DNA of 64,000 bases from an uncultured Methylophilaceae bacterium (GCA_964470195.1 CAYYBG010000003.1:9012-73011); one strand, 5' to 3'. Counted from the stretch's first letter, positions 34,914 to 48,353 are shown. Notes: generated from the sequence alone by a model not told the origin. A program made the numbers and translations.

Positions 34914-35735
34914 TTACTGCTGTTGGCTTTGTAACATCTGTCCAGCTAGCTTAGGGTTCAAGCTATTCACGTGGACTTTGGCCTGCATCTGCTCATCACC
35001 TCCGCCGACCCGTATACCACTGACTGGACAGGCATCGTGATAATCCAAACCTGTCGCTAATCTGACATGACTAGCATTTATTTCGCAGCAATTGGATACG
35101 TCTACGCTGGTCCATGCGCATTCATCTAACCAAGCATCTGCCCATGCATGGCTTTCCAGCAAATGTCCATCTTGAGTATACAAATAGCCACTGACATAGC
35201 GTGCTGGCACATTCAACAGACGGCACAGACTGATAAAAATATGGGCATGGTCTTGGCATACGCCTCTTCCTGTCGCCAAGGCTTCACTCGCAGTGGTATA
35301 GACTTCGGTGCTGCCCTTTTGGTAAGGCACTTGTTGAATAATGCGACGACTAATTTGCAACAAATCCTCTAAACTTTTGGGTGTTTGCAAGGATTGTGCA
35401 AATTGCATCAGTTGCGGGCTGTTATCAGTCAAGCGGGTATGGCGCAAATACACTGGCAAAGGCAATACACTCTCTTGTCTATCATGCGCAAAACCAGTAT
35501 CTACCTCGCCCTTGGCGACAATCTTAAGCTCTTGATGGTTACTATCCACCACCACTTGATGCATGATATTTCCGTGCGCGTCTTGGTACTGAAACATCTG
35601 ACCATTGACCAAGATGCTCCAGCTTTTTACTTTCTGGCCAAAGCCATCTTGGGGAGTTAGACGCAATTGTTGAATGCTATACAACAACGGCTCGCTGTAT
35701 TGATAATGGGTAGTATGTTGAATAATAAGTTGCAT
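34914..35735 (-). CDS. transglutaminase-like cysteine protease domain protein
   Basis: Bacterial N-terminal transglutaminase region followed by a catalytic core (GRGVCQDHAH ... SHAWADAW ... VDVSN). Confidence 0.85.
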   Translation of the reverse strand: MQLIIQHTTHYQYSEPLLYSIQQLRLTPQDGFGQKVKSWSILVNGQMFQYQDAHGNIMHQVVVDSNHQELKIVAKGEVDTGFAHDRQESVLPLPVYLRHTRLTDNSPQLMQFAQSLQTPKSLEDLLQISRRIIQQVPYQKGSTEVYTTASEALATGRGVCQDHAHIFISLCRLLNVPARYVSGYLYTQDGHLLESHAWADAWLDECAWTSVDVSNCCEINASHVRLATGLDYHDACPVSGIRVGGGDEQMQAKVHVNSLNPKLAGQMLQSQQQ

Positions 35736-35737
35736 GA

Positions 35738-36685
35738 TTAGGCCGCATGAATATTAAGAAATGTGCGTTGAATTTCACTCGCTAAACGCTGGTTATTGTC
35801 TATAAATTGTGTCAAAAACTCATGTAGTCCATGTTGGAATATATGATCCATACGTCCATACAAAAGACTAGCATTAATCTCGCCAGCGATACGTTTACAT
35901 TCGATATGACGTCCATGCGAAAGTGAATCCAAAATATGGCTTATCTCTTCAAAGCAAGCATGCAAAGAGCGTGGCATATCTGCTCGCAGCACTAACAGCT
36001 CCGCCACATTCCAAGGTTGTATGGTGTCACTAAATATTTTTTGATATGCCTGAAAGGCAGAAACTGAGCGCAACACGGCACTCCACTCGTAATAATCTAC
36101 CCCACCACCCACTTCTTGTTCTTGCGGCAGTAGCAAATGATATTTAACGTCGAGCAGCCTAGCAGTGTTGTCGGCACGCTCGATAAATGTCCCTAAGCGG
36201 AGAAAATGAAAAGCATCATCGCGCAACATGGTGCCAAAACTTACCCCGCGAAACATATGTGAACGCGCTTTCACCCAGTCACAAAACTCACGCAAGGTTT
36301 CTGCAGACAAAGGATGACAGGCCAGTTGTCTGAACTCCAACCATAGGCTATTCATGTTTTCCCAAGTTTCTATGGTCAGCGCCACTCGCACAGCGCGTGC
36401 ATTTTCTCGGGCGGTATACAACGAAGAATAAATGCTTGAAGGGTTCTCCTCATCCAAGGCGAGAAAGTAAATCACTTGCGCCGCCGTCACTTGCTCGAAG
36501 CGAGCAAAATAAGCTGCGGTATTACCCGAAATCTCTAAAGCAGGTTGCCATAGTGCAGATTCACTTAGTGCCGCGTTCGGCACTAACGCCATATTGGCAG
36601 TGACATCTAATACTCTGGCCATATTTTCTGCACGTTCAATATATCTGGCCATCCAATAAATATGATTCGCGGTTCGACTTAACAT
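35738..36685 (-). CDS. alpha-E domain protein (COG2307-type)
   Basis: MLSRTANHIYWMARYIERAEN and a second repeat FHFLRLGTFIERADNTARLLD. Confidence 0.85.
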   Translation of the reverse strand: MLSRTANHIYWMARYIERAENMARVLDVTANMALVPNAALSESALWQPALEISGNTAAYFARFEQVTAAQVIYFLALDEENPSSIYSSLYTARENARAVRVALTIETWENMNSLWLEFRQLACHPLSAETLREFCDWVKARSHMFRGVSFGTMLRDDAFHFLRLGTFIERADNTARLLDVKYHLLLPQEQEVGGGVDYYEWSAVLRSVSAFQAYQKIFSDTIQPWNVAELLVLRADMPRSLHACFEEISHILDSLSHGRHIECKRIAGEINASLLYGRMDHIFQHGLHEFLTQFIDNNQRLASEIQRTFLNIHAA

Positions 36686-36710
36686 GACGTTTCCTCTCAG
36701 GCTTATGCCG

Positions 36711-38141
36711 CTATTTTTCTGTTACGGGCGCTTGTAATACCCAAGTATCCTTGGTACCGCCCCCTTGAGAAGAATTGACTACCAAGGAACCCTCACGCAT
36801 AGCGACTCGGCAGAGTGCACCGGGCACTAGACTGACCGTCTTTCCTGATAGCACAAAAGGGCGCAAATCGACATGACGTGGGGCAATGCCCTGCTCTACT
36901 AGGGTGGGGCAGGTTGATAGGGTGAGCGTGGGCTGGGCGATGTAATTGGCTGGATTAGCCATGATGCGCAGACGAAATTGTTCAATTTCATGTTTGCTCG
37001 CCGTCGGTCCTACCAACATACCGTAGCCCCCTGAACCTTGAACTTCTTTGACCACCAACTCGGATAAATGCGCCAATACATAAGCTAAATCATCCGCTTG
37101 ACTGAGTTGATAGGTCGGGACATTGGCCAAAATCGGCGCCTCTCCTAAATAGAACTTAATCATCTCCGGCACATGGATATAGGTTGACTTATCATCTGCT
37201 ACCCCTGTTCCAACGGCATTCGCTAGGGTCACCCCACCGGCACGATAAACACTCATCAAACCAGGCACTCCCAACATACTGTCAGGCCGAAATGTTAGTG
37301 GATCGATATAGTCATCGTCGATACGCCGATAAATCACATCCACGCGTTTAGGCCCCTCAGTGGTACGCATATATACCGCATTATTACGCACGAATAAATC
37401 CTGACCTTCGACCAACTCAACCCCCATTTGTTGAGCAAGAAAAGCATGTTCGAAGTAAGCACTGTTATAAGCGCCTGGGGTAAGCAACACCACGGTAGGG
37501 TCTTTTACCCCCGGTTGCGCAACAGAACGCAAATTATCTTTCAGCACCTGTGGATAATGTTCCACTGGTGCTACTGAATAATGTCGGAACAAATCAGGAA
37601 ACAAGCGCATCATCATTTTGCGATCTTCTAGCATATAGGAGACCCCAGAAGGAGTGCGCAGATTATCCTCAAGTACATAGAACTGCTTTTCATCGGTACG
37701 AACGATGTCTATCCCAGCAATATGCGCATAAATACCATTCGGCACTTCGACATTAAACATTTCCGGACGATAATGACTGTGCGTAAGGATGCTTGCAGGA
37801 ATAATGCCTGCACGAATAATTTCGCGTTGGTGATAGATATCATGTAAGAACATATTCAACGCTTTAACGCGCTGAATACATCCTTTTGCAAGCTGCTCCC
37901 ATTCTGTTGCGGCCAACATGCGCGGAATCACATCAAAAGGAATCAGTCGCTCCGTTCCAGCATCTTCGCCATACACATTAAAGGTAATGCCCACACGACG
38001 AAATAACACCTCCGCTTCTTTGCTTTTACTTTGCAATTGTGCTGGCGAGAGATGTTTCAGCCAATCGGCGTAAGGCGCATATAAATCTCTTACCCCATCC
38101 CCACGACAGTGCATTTCATCAAAAAATTTTGCCGCACTCAT
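36711..38141 (-). CDS. circularly permuted ATP-grasp protein (COG2308-type amidoligase)
   Basis: About 476 aa from the ATG at 38141 (AAGGA Shine-Dalgarno). Conserved blocks YNSAYFEHAFLAQQMG, GVADDK, VVKEV.GSGGYGM. Confidence 0.85.
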   Translation of the reverse strand: MSAAKFFDEMHCRGDGVRDLYAPYADWLKHLSPAQLQSKSKEAEVLFRRVGITFNVYGEDAGTERLIPFDVIPRMLAATEWEQLAKGCIQRVKALNMFLHDIYHQREIIRAGIIPASILTHSHYRPEMFNVEVPNGIYAHIAGIDIVRTDEKQFYVLEDNLRTPSGVSYMLEDRKMMMRLFPDLFRHYSVAPVEHYPQVLKDNLRSVAQPGVKDPTVVLLTPGAYNSAYFEHAFLAQQMGVELVEGQDLFVRNNAVYMRTTEGPKRVDVIYRRIDDDYIDPLTFRPDSMLGVPGLMSVYRAGGVTLANAVGTGVADDKSTYIHVPEMIKFYLGEAPILANVPTYQLSQADDLAYVLAHLSELVVKEVQGSGGYGMLVGPTASKHEIEQFRLRIMANPANYIAQPTLTLSTCPTLVEQGIAPRHVDLRPFVLSGKTVSLVPGALCRVAMREGSLVVNSSQGGGTKDTWVLQAPVTEK

Positions 38142-38393
38142 AGCAACATCCTTATTGTCATCATAAGCTGATACAAGCAAGGCTTGTGCCAGCCTGAACA
38201 CTGGCTATTGCTATCAAATTTGCTCATTTCGCACTGAAATTGAGCGCCTACAAAAACCTCGTGCACATTATTGGCGCATGACTTAGGCGTTATTTTATTC
38301 AGCATCATGTCCTGAGAACTAAAGCCTGTATGAAAAGTCTTTAATCTTTGTGTTACTTGTCATTTCAATTTAATTTTCTTGTAGAGGACTAGG

Positions 38394-38777
38394 ATGTTTT
38401 TTAATAGTTGTTTATACCCGTTTAGCGTTGCCTTACTGGCTATACTTTGGCTTTTAATTACCAACCATAGCGCACTGTGTACTTGCAAAAAAATGCAAGA
38501 GCAAGCCCATCCCAACGCCACCCAGCATCATATTGTTGCGCTCACTAGCTTTGCTGCTTTTATTCCGGCTTTGTATATCTATGCTGCTTTTTTAAGTGCC
38601 AAAGGCGCAGGTGACTCTGGCGTGATTTGGTTGGTGGCTAGTTTTGTCGATTCGTATGCCTTATGCAAATGCAAACAGCCCAAACGCTGGGGCTTGATAA
38701 TCGCATTATTGGTGACTATCAGCTTGTGGCTTGGTGGCGCCTATGGAATTTGGCAAGGCTATCGCATCCACGCCTAA
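38394..38777 (+). CDS. hypothetical membrane protein
   Basis: Four predicted hydrophobic helices. I recognised no family. Confidence 0.4.
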   Translation: MFFNSCLYPFSVALLAILWLLITNHSALCTCKKMQEQAHPNATQHHIVALTSFAAFIPALYIYAAFLSAKGAGDSGVIWLVASFVDSYALCKCKQPKRWGLIIALLVTISLWLGGAYGIWQGYRIHA

Positions 38778-38815
38778 AAACAATCACAGGCTGTGGGTCA
38801 TATTCTGGAGGTGTC

Positions 38816-40132
38816 ATGTTGCCCAAAAAAATCTGGCTGACTTGCTTGATGGCTGTTATCAGCATTGGCGTGCTGACACCTGCTTTGGTTGCAGAACCGG
38901 TCAGTCTTGGCGCGCAGCCAGTATTACCCAAACCTGATAGCACGCTTATTCCCACCGTTAACATCGCCAAAGCCTCACAATGGCCAGAGGGCAAAACACC
39001 TAAAGTCATGGCTGGTTTTAGCATTAACGCATTTGCCAGCCAACTCAAGCATCCACGTTGGCTTTATGTTTTGCCGAATGGCGATGTGCTGGTGGCGCAA
39101 AGTAACTACCGCGCCAAGAAAAAAACGCAGTTAAAGGAATGGATTGCGGCTTTCTTTATGCACAAAGCAGGTGCCGGCATAGCTAGTCCAGATAAAATTG
39201 TCCTATTGCGAGATAGCAATGGCGATGGGCAGGCCGATGTGGTCAGCGATTTTCTCACGCATCTTAATGCACCGATTGGCATGGCGCTTATCGGCTCTGA
39301 CCTTTATGTAGCCAATACCGATGCATTGGTCAGGTTTGACTACCAAACGGGGGCATTGAGTATTGATCAAGACTTACACCCCGCAGAGTTAATCACCGAC
39401 TTACCCGCTCAAGACCCCAATTCACATTGGACCAAAAATATTATTGCCTCAGCAGACGGTAAAAAAATCTATGTTGCAGTGGGTTCGAATAGCAATATTG
39501 CTGAACACGGCATGCAGTTTGAGCAAGGTAGAGCAGCCATTGTTGAAGTTGATCTCGCCAGCAAACAAAAGCGTATTTTTGCTTCAGGTATTCGTAACCC
39601 AGTCGGCTTGGCGTGGAATCCTTCTACACAGCAGCTTTGGTGTGCAGTCAACGAGCGCGACGAGTTAGGGGATGATTTGGTGCCCGATTACATAAGCTCA
39701 GTCAGTGATGGCGACTTCTTTGGCTGGCCTTGGATTTATTACGAAAAACATCGCGACCCCAGAGTAAAGACTCCCATGCCTGTGGGCTTGAATTTACGAG
39801 CACCAGATTATGCCTTGGGCGCCCATGTTGCCGCATTAGGATTGGTATTTAATGATAAAAGTAATCTACCTGCTGCCTTCAAAAACGGAGCTTTGGTGAG
39901 TCAGCATGGCTCTTGGAATCGTTCTGTTCGAAGCGGTTACAAGGTAGTATTTGTGCCTTTTGCACATGGCAAACCAAATGGTCTACCTAGCGATTTTGTT
40001 TGGGGGTTTGTGGAACAAGATGAGGCATATGGACGTCCTGCAGGCCTTGCCTTCGATCAACATGGCGATTTACTGATTGCGGATGATGTAGGTAATCGAG
40101 TGTGGCGTGTGACCCCCAAGCTGAATCACTAG
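38816..40132 (+). CDS. PQQ-dependent sugar (sorbosone/glucose-type) dehydrogenase, periplasmic
   Basis: Signal peptide after the ATG at 38816 (GGAGG Shine-Dalgarno). Beta-propeller blocks (GIRNPVGLAWNP, ERDELGDDLVPDY, FFGWPW, RPAGLAFD..G.L.IADD). Confidence 0.85.
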   Translation: MLPKKIWLTCLMAVISIGVLTPALVAEPVSLGAQPVLPKPDSTLIPTVNIAKASQWPEGKTPKVMAGFSINAFASQLKHPRWLYVLPNGDVLVAQSNYRAKKKTQLKEWIAAFFMHKAGAGIASPDKIVLLRDSNGDGQADVVSDFLTHLNAPIGMALIGSDLYVANTDALVRFDYQTGALSIDQDLHPAELITDLPAQDPNSHWTKNIIASADGKKIYVAVGSNSNIAEHGMQFEQGRAAIVEVDLASKQKRIFASGIRNPVGLAWNPSTQQLWCAVNERDELGDDLVPDYISSVSDGDFFGWPWIYYEKHRDPRVKTPMPVGLNLRAPDYALGAHVAALGLVFNDKSNLPAAFKNGALVSQHGSWNRSVRSGYKVVFVPFAHGKPNGLPSDFVWGFVEQDEAYGRPAGLAFDQHGDLLIADDVGNRVWRVTPKLNH

Positions 40133-40201
40133 CAGGTCGTTGCCCATCTCTATAAAGCCCGATCCTGCCCTGCTTATGGCTTTGCTACAACATCACATGC
40201 G

Positions 40202-42958
40202 CTAGGTGATTATGCTCAGGTTGCCATGACTGAGGTCAATTTGACTGATTTTGCTAATACCCAGCAACTGAATCACTACATCGTTTTCTGTCACCCCATC
40301 CACACCATCAGAGATCAATAAATAATAGCTACCTTGGCGATTGACTTTAAACAATGCGAAATCCCCTCGGCTATCGTTGGCAGCACTAAAACTCGCTGTG
40401 ATATCTGCTAGAGCATCATTCAGTTTGCTACCTGAGCGATGGGCAAAGGTTGCCACAGCCGTACTTGGATCAATCGATGCTCGGTTGGCATCTGCGCTGA
40501 TATTGCTGCCTCCAATGCTGAGCGCATCAGTAAAATCAATCAAGTCGCCTATCCCCACAGGGCCTTTGGCGAAGTCTGTAATGACATCAAAAGTTCTGGA
40601 TAGTTGACCGCTATCTGCTGAGGCAAATACAAAGGTATCAGCACCCGACCCGCCTGCTAAAGTGTCTCTGCCCAATCCTCCAACAATAGTATCGTTTCCC
40701 GCCCGACCAAATAACTTATCATTGCCGGCATTGCCGAATAATTGATCAGCAAAACTAGTCGCTATCAGCGTGTTATTGCCGTCATTCCCGATCATCGTGA
40801 GCGCATTTTTGACTGAACTAGCATGAATCTGATTGGCGGTAGTGGTTGATGTGTCTGCAATAGCTGCTGTTCCGCTACCGATCACAACGGTTTCAATGCC
40901 TCGATCACCTGCATACAGTCTTAGTGTACTTGCTTTGGTGCTGGTGAATCTCACCTCATCTATACCTGTCACACCGGTATCATTAATTTCAGCTTGGCGA
41001 TGATGGGACGCGGAACTGATGATGTAAATATCGGACCCGGTCGAACCATTTAACTGATCATTGCCAGCCAAGCCCCAAATAACGTCATTTCTCTCAGTGC
41101 CGACTAATCTATTGGATGCTGCATTGCCAATCAGGGGGATGATGGTGTTGACCTCAAAGATGACGGTATTGTTGACATCATCGCCATCATCATTCAGATT
41201 ACCCGCTGCATCTGAGAACATGGCACTTGCCACACTGACCAGCCCTTCAGCGTTGCTGTTCTGTTCTGGGATGAATATCGCGCTATAGAAATTATCAGAA
41301 CCACTAAAATCAGCTAAAACACCACCCCTTACCGTCACATCATCGACGCTAAAATCGCTAGCGTTTTCGCTCAGAATAAAGCTAATCAACGCACTCTCAC
41401 CAATCGTTAAACTCATATCATTAGAGGCCAAACTGATGTTTGGTCTTAACGTATCCACGGCGATAAGCACGGAATTGTTTAGGTGATCTTGGGCATCATT
41501 CAAATTGCCTGCTGCATCACTAAACACACCAGCGCTTACACTGACCACCCCATCCGTGTTGCTATCAACTTCAGGCGTAAAAATCACGCTGTATTCAGTC
41601 CCAGCACCGCTAAAATGACTTAATGTCCCACCCGAGACAGTAATGTCCTCAAGGGTAAAGTCTGTGGATGCTTCGCTTAAAACAAAATTGATTTGCGTCG
41701 TCTGCCCTGACCTTAAGCTCAAGTCGTTAGCGCTTATATGAATGGTCGGCGCAACAAAATCTATGCTAGAAATAGAGATGGTTTGATCAGCAAATTGAAA
41801 ATACTCTACACCCGTGATGGTATCGGTTCCCTCATCACCGGTTAGGGCAGTGATGGAATAAATATTGCCATTCAAGCTAATGCTATAGTTGTCCAAAGAT
41901 AAACTAAACACGCAGGTATCGATACCTTCGCCACAATCAATGAAATCGTCTGCACCCCCACCAACAATGGTATCGTCGCCCAAGCCACCCACTAAAGTAT
42001 TGGCAGTTTGATTGCCAATTATTTCGTCGTTTCCCGAGCCTCCAATCGCATTCTCAATCACTACTTGATAAGCAATCCAAATATTATTGACTGCATAAAG
42101 ATCAGCGCCTGAGGAATCTTTGACATAAATCTTGTTACCTAGTTGGCTGCCTGCTGACTCGACTCCGGCATGAAGATTAATCAATCCTCCGCTCGAGCCA
42201 TGATATTGAATCGTGTCGATTCCTGCAGTATCCCAGATTGACTCTAGGTAGTTCTGACCTTGGTAAAATTCATACAAATTATCATCTGCGTTATAAGTGG
42301 AGTTGCTTCCATATATGCTTTGCAGTGCAGCAATATCGAGGACCATCGGAGTGGTTGGATAGAACGATAAATAACTTGAATCATCGCCAGGTGCTGCGGA
42401 GTAGCTCATATTGGTAAAAACTTTGCTATCCAGCGCTGTAGGAATAATTAGTGAATTGGCAAAGGAAGTTTCAAACGGGTGTTTTAAACCCAAGGCATGA
42501 CCAATTTCATGCACCACTGTGTGATATTCATAACTACCAAATTGCCATGTATTGGTATAACTAGAAGCATAGCGGTTAAACCATATATCTCCAGACTTCG
42601 CTTGTGGCCCTGGAAGATATGCCCATGCTTGAGCACCGGAGACCTGCTGCATCCAACTGTAGCCAAATCTAAAATCTCCAACTTGAGTATTGGTTTCAAG
42701 CGTTTCAATCAGTGTGAGATTGGCGACATTTGCCCATGATTGAAGCGCTAGGCGCACATATTGTTTATCTGTGTCTTTTAGGAATGTGAGATGACTATTA
42801 TTTTCTTCGTAGTTGCTATCAAACACACTACCAGCTGAGATAAAACTGAAGCTAATTAGATTGTTTGACCACTGAATTCCATCCAATATGCTATCAACGA
42901 CAGGATCCCCAGACAGATCGTGGTAATTCCATGGGGTTGATTCTCTTGGCGAAGGCAT
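40202..42958 (-). CDS. large secreted serralysin-like zinc metalloprotease with RTX calcium-binding repeats and tandem Ig-like domains
   Basis: Metzincin motif [13 protein letters not shown]. GGxGxD nonapeptide repeats in two blocks ([25 protein letters not shown] and [37 protein letters not shown]). No N-terminal signal peptide, consistent with type I secretion. Confidence 0.9.
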   Translation of the reverse strand: MPSPRESTPWNYHDLSGDPVVDSILDGIQWSNNLISFSFISAGSVFDSNYEENNSHLTFLKDTDKQYVRLALQSWANVANLTLIETLETNTQVGDFRFGYSWMQQVSGAQAWAYLPGPQAKSGDIWFNRYASSYTNTWQFGSYEYHTVVHEIGHALGLKHPFETSFANSLIIPTALDSKVFTNMSYSAAPGDDSSYLSFYPTTPMVLDIAALQSIYGSNSTYNADDNLYEFYQGQNYLESIWDTAGIDTIQYHGSSGGLINLHAGVESAGSQLGNKIYVKDSSGADLYAVNNIWIAYQVVIENAIGGSGNDEIIGNQTANTLVGGLGDDTIVGGGADDFIDCGEGIDTCVFSLSLDNYSISLNGNIYSITALTGDEGTDTITGVEYFQFADQTISISSIDFVAPTIHISANDLSLRSGQTTQINFVLSEASTDFTLEDITVSGGTLSHFSGAGTEYSVIFTPEVDSNTDGVVSVSAGVFSDAAGNLNDAQDHLNNSVLIAVDTLRPNISLASNDMSLTIGESALISFILSENASDFSVDDVTVRGGVLADFSGSDNFYSAIFIPEQNSNAEGLVSVASAMFSDAAGNLNDDGDDVNNTVIFEVNTIIPLIGNAASNRLVGTERNDVIWGLAGNDQLNGSTGSDIYIISSASHHRQAEINDTGVTGIDEVRFTSTKASTLRLYAGDRGIETVVIGSGTAAIADTSTTTANQIHASSVKNALTMIGNDGNNTLIATSFADQLFGNAGNDKLFGRAGNDTIVGGLGRDTLAGGSGADTFVFASADSGQLSRTFDVITDFAKGPVGIGDLIDFTDALSIGGSNISADANRASIDPSTAVATFAHRSGSKLNDALADITASFSAANDSRGDFALFKVNRQGSYYLLISDGVDGVTENDVVIQLLGISKISQIDLSHGNLSIIT
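41150..41752 (-). repeat. intragenic tandem duplication encoding two ~100-aa Ig-like domains
   Basis: Two consecutive units end in [17 protein letters not shown] and [17 protein letters not shown], and their architecture is collinear. Boundaries are approximate. Confidence 0.6.
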
Positions 42959-43048
42959 ACAAAAGCTTTTATAGAAATAACAATTAATATTCTATGGATA
43001 AGCAATAAAGAGGGCAATCAAACAGGAGAAGAAAAGCAAAAAAAGTAT

Positions 43049-43127
<79 letters not shown>

Positions 43128-43261
43128 CCGGATCTCGCTAGCGATGACTAACATAACGAGAAAGGCGTGCATTATAGCGGATGCCAACGCGATTCCAAAG
43201 TACTAAGCTTAGTGGTAATTAGATGATGGATGGAGCTAGGGGTGCGCTTGAAACAATCTGA

Positions 43262-43702
43262 CTAGTTGGCAGATTGTTTAAGCATCTGCAATATCTCCAA
43301 CAATCCCTGACGAATAGCATCGATATTGACGTTCGACTCCGGCGTGGCAAAAGCCTGGCTTGGACTGTTGGCGTGCGCATGGGAATTGGAAAGCTGGTGA
43401 TTGACGCTAGGCTTTGCATCGCCTTCGCTGAGACGATTTCTTGCACCACTGATGGTGAAACCTTGCTCATACAGCAGTTCACGGATACGTCTTATTAATA
43501 AGACTTCGTGGTGTTGATAGTATCGACGATTACCCCGACGTTTTACTGGCTTGAGCTGATTAAACTCTTGCTCCCAATAGCGCAACACGTGTGGTTTAAC
43601 ACCACACAAGTCACTGACTTCGCCTATTGTAAAATAGCGTTTGGCTGGAATCGCCGGCAGGGATGCAACCGGGATAAAAGAATTAGGCGTGATCTCCGCC
43701 AT
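43262..43702 (-). CDS. MerR family transcriptional regulator (conserved ihfA-downstream type)
   Basis: [28 protein letters not shown]. Overlaps the ihfA 3' end by 20 nt. Confidence 0.85.
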   Translation of the reverse strand: MAEITPNSFIPVASLPAIPAKRYFTIGEVSDLCGVKPHVLRYWEQEFNQLKPVKRRGNRRYYQHHEVLLIRRIRELLYEQGFTISGARNRLSEGDAKPSVNHQLSNSHAHANSPSQAFATPESNVNIDAIRQGLLEILQMLKQSAN

Positions 43703-43985
43703 AATTTTCCTCTACCGTTGCTTTGAGTTTTTGGCTGGCATGAAAGGTCACCACGCAACGCGCAGTAATAGGAATTTCCTCACCAGTTTTAGGATTGCGT
43801 CCTGGACGCTCAGATTTTTTGCGTAATTCAAAATTACCAAATCCTGATAGCTTGACCGCATCACCCGCTTCCAAAGCAGTACGAATCTCCTCAAAGAAGG
43901 CTTCTACCATGTCTTTTGCCTCACGTTTGTTCAAGCCCACTTGCTCAAACAACATAACCGCTAATTCTGCTTTAGTTAGTGTCAT
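43683..43985 (-). CDS. ihfA: integration host factor subunit alpha
   Basis: [14 protein letters not shown]...[29 protein letters not shown] at 43985 with GGAGAGG upstream. Confidence 0.95.
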   Translation of the reverse strand: MTLTKAELAVMLFEQVGLNKREAKDMVEAFFEEIRTALEAGDAVKLSGFGNFELRKKSERPGRNPKTGEEIPITARCVVTFHASQKLKATVEENYGGDHA

Positions 43986-44264
43986 GCTTACCTCTCCACA
44001 ATCTATTTCTTTTTTATTCAAAAAAAACGGGCGCATTAAGGCGCCTATATGTTTTCTATTGGTGTTAATTTCCCTTGATGCAGATGCGCCTTTAAATTTG
44101 TTGAGATGCCAATTTTCTATATTGTGTTGGACATCATCTCTAGTAAAACTAATTTTGACAAATATATTGGACGCTAAATAATTCAATTAAACCGCAAAAC
44201 TCTTTTTCTTACAAGTGCTTAGTGTAAATTTTAAAAAAATTGTAATTTATCAACACATCAGAGT

Positions 44265-46621
44265 TTATGTGCGTAGCTCGGCTCCATGCTGGTCAGCAAG
44301 AAGTTGTAATAGCTGCTTGACGATGGACTCGATCTCTTCATCCATCAGCGATTTTTGGCTATCTTGCAAAATAATCTTGAATGCCATACTCTTCTTTCCC
44401 TCAGCTATTCCCTGTCCCTGATACAAATCAAATAAGGCAATCTCTTGAATACAACTCAGTTTTGCTTGTTTCATGGTGGTCAACAATGCATCGAAACTCA
44501 CTTGCTGATCAACCAATAGGGCAATATCACGCCGTACTGGTGGAAACTTAGCTACATTTTGATATTGTGCCAAGCGCGCTGATTGCAAAATAGACAAATC
44601 TAACTCGAACAAATACACGCCATTGGGTAGATCAAACTGCTGCTGCCAACGTGGATGTAATTTACCCATATAACCGATATCTTGACCATTCAACTCAACT
44701 TGCGCGCTTTGCCCAGGATGTAATGCAGGGTGCTGTGCTGGCCGATAACTCGCTTGATTTCCACACAAGGCATCGACATCGGCCTTGAGATCAAAAAAGT
44801 CTACGGCTTTAGCTTCTGTCCCCCACTGTTCCGGTACAACATCACCATAAACCAAGCCAGACAATCGCTTTAATTCGATAAAACCATGTTGACTGGCATG
44901 CTGATAGATAGCTCCACTTTCAAAAATTCTGACACGTGCTTGTTGTCGATTCAGGTTATATTTCAGCACCTCCAGCAAACCACCCCACAAGCCAGAACGC
45001 ATTACGCTCATATCACTGGCAATCGGGTTATGTAATTTGACGGGTGTACTATTGCCCATCAAAATTTGTTCCCATGCTGCATCGACAAAACTATAGGTCA
45101 CTACTTCTTGATAGCCTTGGGCCACCAGTGTATCTTGTAGCACGCTTAATGCCTTCAACGACTCGCTTGCTGGCAACATGCTGACAGGACCACTGGGGGT
45201 CAGTGCGGGGATATGTTGATAGCCATATAAGCGGGCAATTTCTTCGATTAGATCTTCTTCGCGCTGAATATCAAAACGATAACTAGGTGCTTGCACCACA
45301 AAACTGTCACCCTCAGACTGAAAATCAAATCCCAAACGCTGTAACTGTTGATGGACTAAATCGCGCTCCAAGGTAATACCTAGAATGGAATTTAGTTTAG
45401 CCAGTGTTAAGCTGACTTTGGGGCAATCTGGCAATGTCGCTGATTGCTCAATCAGTGTTCCGGCTTGTCCACCACAAATTTCCAGTACCAGTGCGGTTGC
45501 ACGTTCGATTGCAGTGTGGGTTTGCATGAAATCCACACCTCGCTCAAAGCGATATGAGGAGTCGGTGCTGATAGCAAAACGACGTCCTCTCCCAGCAATA
45601 CTATCTGGAGTAAAAAATGCTGATTCCAGCATGATATTCACTGTATTTTCCGACACAGCGGTATGGGCACCGCCCATCACGCCAGCAAAGGCGATCGGTC
45701 CTTGCTCATCAGCAATCAGCAAAATATCGTCTGATAAATCTAAGGTTTGTTCATTAAGTAAAGCAATCTTTTCACCCGCTTTAGCCCAACGAACCTGAAC
45801 CTGACCTTGTATACGATCAGCGTCGAAGGCATGCATAGGTTGCCCTATCTCGAGCAATACATAATTGGTGATATCCACGATAGCACTGATGCTACGCAAA
45901 CCACTTCGTTGCAAACGTCTCACCATCCAATCAGGGGTTGGCGCTTGGGCATTCACCCCTTGTATATAACGCGCACAGTAGCGCGGGCAAGCCTGTGGTG
46001 CGAGTACGCTAAGCGCTGGCTGAGCAGAGATTTGTGCTGGCACGCTGGCAATAACGGGCAGACATAGTGGGCTGCCAGTCAGTGCAGCCACTTCTCTAGC
46101 AAGCCCCTTAATACTCAAGCAATCGCTTCGATTTGGCGTCAGCTTGAGCGTAAACATCAAATCATTCAATTGCAGATAGTCACGAATATCCTGTCCTGGC
46201 TGGGCATCATCACCAAGCTCTAACAGTCCACTCGCCTCATCAGCCAAGCCAAGCTCTTTGGCGGAACACATCATGCCAAATGACGCTACTCCTCGTACTT
46301 TAGCCTGCTTTATCTCAAACTCTGGCAATAGCGCTCCAACGAGAGCGCATGGGGCTTTCAATCCAACACGTGCATTGTTGGCACCACAAACAATTTGCAA
46401 ATTTTGTTTGCCAATATTCACTTCGAGCACTTGTAATCGGTCAGCATCAGGATGCTTCTCTGCACGCACAATTTGCCCCACTACCACCTGAGAAAATGCA
46501 GGGGCCACATGTTGCATATCTTCAACTTCCAGACCTGCCATCGTCAGACAATCATTTAAGGCTTGACTGTCCAGCGCTGGGTTAACGAATTGTCTTAGCC
46601 AATGTTCAGAAAATTGCATCA

Positions 46622-46622
<1 letters not shown>
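44265..46622 (-). CDS. pheT: phenylalanine--tRNA ligase beta subunit
   Basis: 785 aa with tRNA-binding, B3/4, B5 and FDX-ACB regions. 1-nt overlap with pheS. Confidence 0.97.
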
Positions 46623-47716
<1,094 letters not shown>

Positions 47717-48076
47717 TTAGGCAGAGAGGCCAGCTTTTGCCAAATCTACAAATTTAGCAAATGCTTGCTTATCGAATACTGCCAAATCAGCCAATACCTT
47801 ACGATCCACTTCTACAGAGGATTTTTTCAGGCCATTCATGAAACGGCTGTATGTCAGACCAAATTCGCGTGATCCGGCATTGATACGGGCAATCCACAAA
47901 GCACGGAACTGACGTTTTCTCTGACGACGGTCACGATATGCGTATTGACCGGCTTTCATCACTGCCTGTTTGGCAATGCGATAGACATTCTTACGACGAC
48001 CGCGATAACCTTTGGCTGCGTTTAAGACTTTTTTGTGACGCGCACGTGCAATCACACCACGTTTTACTCTAGGCAT
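47717..48076 (-). CDS. rplT: 50S ribosomal protein L20
   Basis: [15 protein letters not shown]...GYRGRRK. Confidence 0.98.
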   Translation of the reverse strand: MPRVKRGVIARARHKKVLNAAKGYRGRRKNVYRIAKQAVMKAGQYAYRDRRQRKRQFRALWIARINAGSREFGLTYSRFMNGLKKSSVEVDRKVLADLAVFDKQAFAKFVDLAKAGLSA

Positions 48077-48087
48077 GTTCTATCTCC

Positions 48088-48285
48088 TTATTGCGTAGGC
48101 ATCATAGCGCGAACGCGCTTAACGTCGGTGGCAGAAATAATCGCAGTACCGCGCAGATTACGTTTTTGTTTGGTGGTTTTCTTGGTCAGAATATGGCGCA
48201 AGTGAGAGTGTGTACGTTTCACCTTACCATTTCCAAGAAATTTGAAGCGCTTTTTAGCGCCACTCTTGGTCTTCATCTTAGGCAT
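48088..48285 (-). CDS. rpmI: 50S ribosomal protein L35
   Basis: [15 protein letters not shown]....G.VKR..S...HILTKK. Confidence 0.97.
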   Translation of the reverse strand: MPKMKTKSGAKKRFKFLGNGKVKRTHSHLRHILTKKTTKQKRNLRGTAIISATDVKRVRAMMPTQ

Positions 48286-48353
48286 TTTTTTCTCCTATCA
48301 TTAAATTAAGGGCGTTGGGCAAATGCCAATTAGCCACAACACCTCAAAAAAAC

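Noticed and set aside
45385-45798. 137-aa plus-strand ORF inside pheT. Similar long antisense ORFs occur at 43795-44181, 61668-62141, 62333-62770, 4797-5171 and 26432-26803.
   Set aside because: They lie entirely antisense to well-conserved housekeeping genes. Their composition is low-complexity (Ser/Ala/Cys-rich), they have no Shine-Dalgarno sequence, and I recognised no motif. They are typical shadow ORFs.
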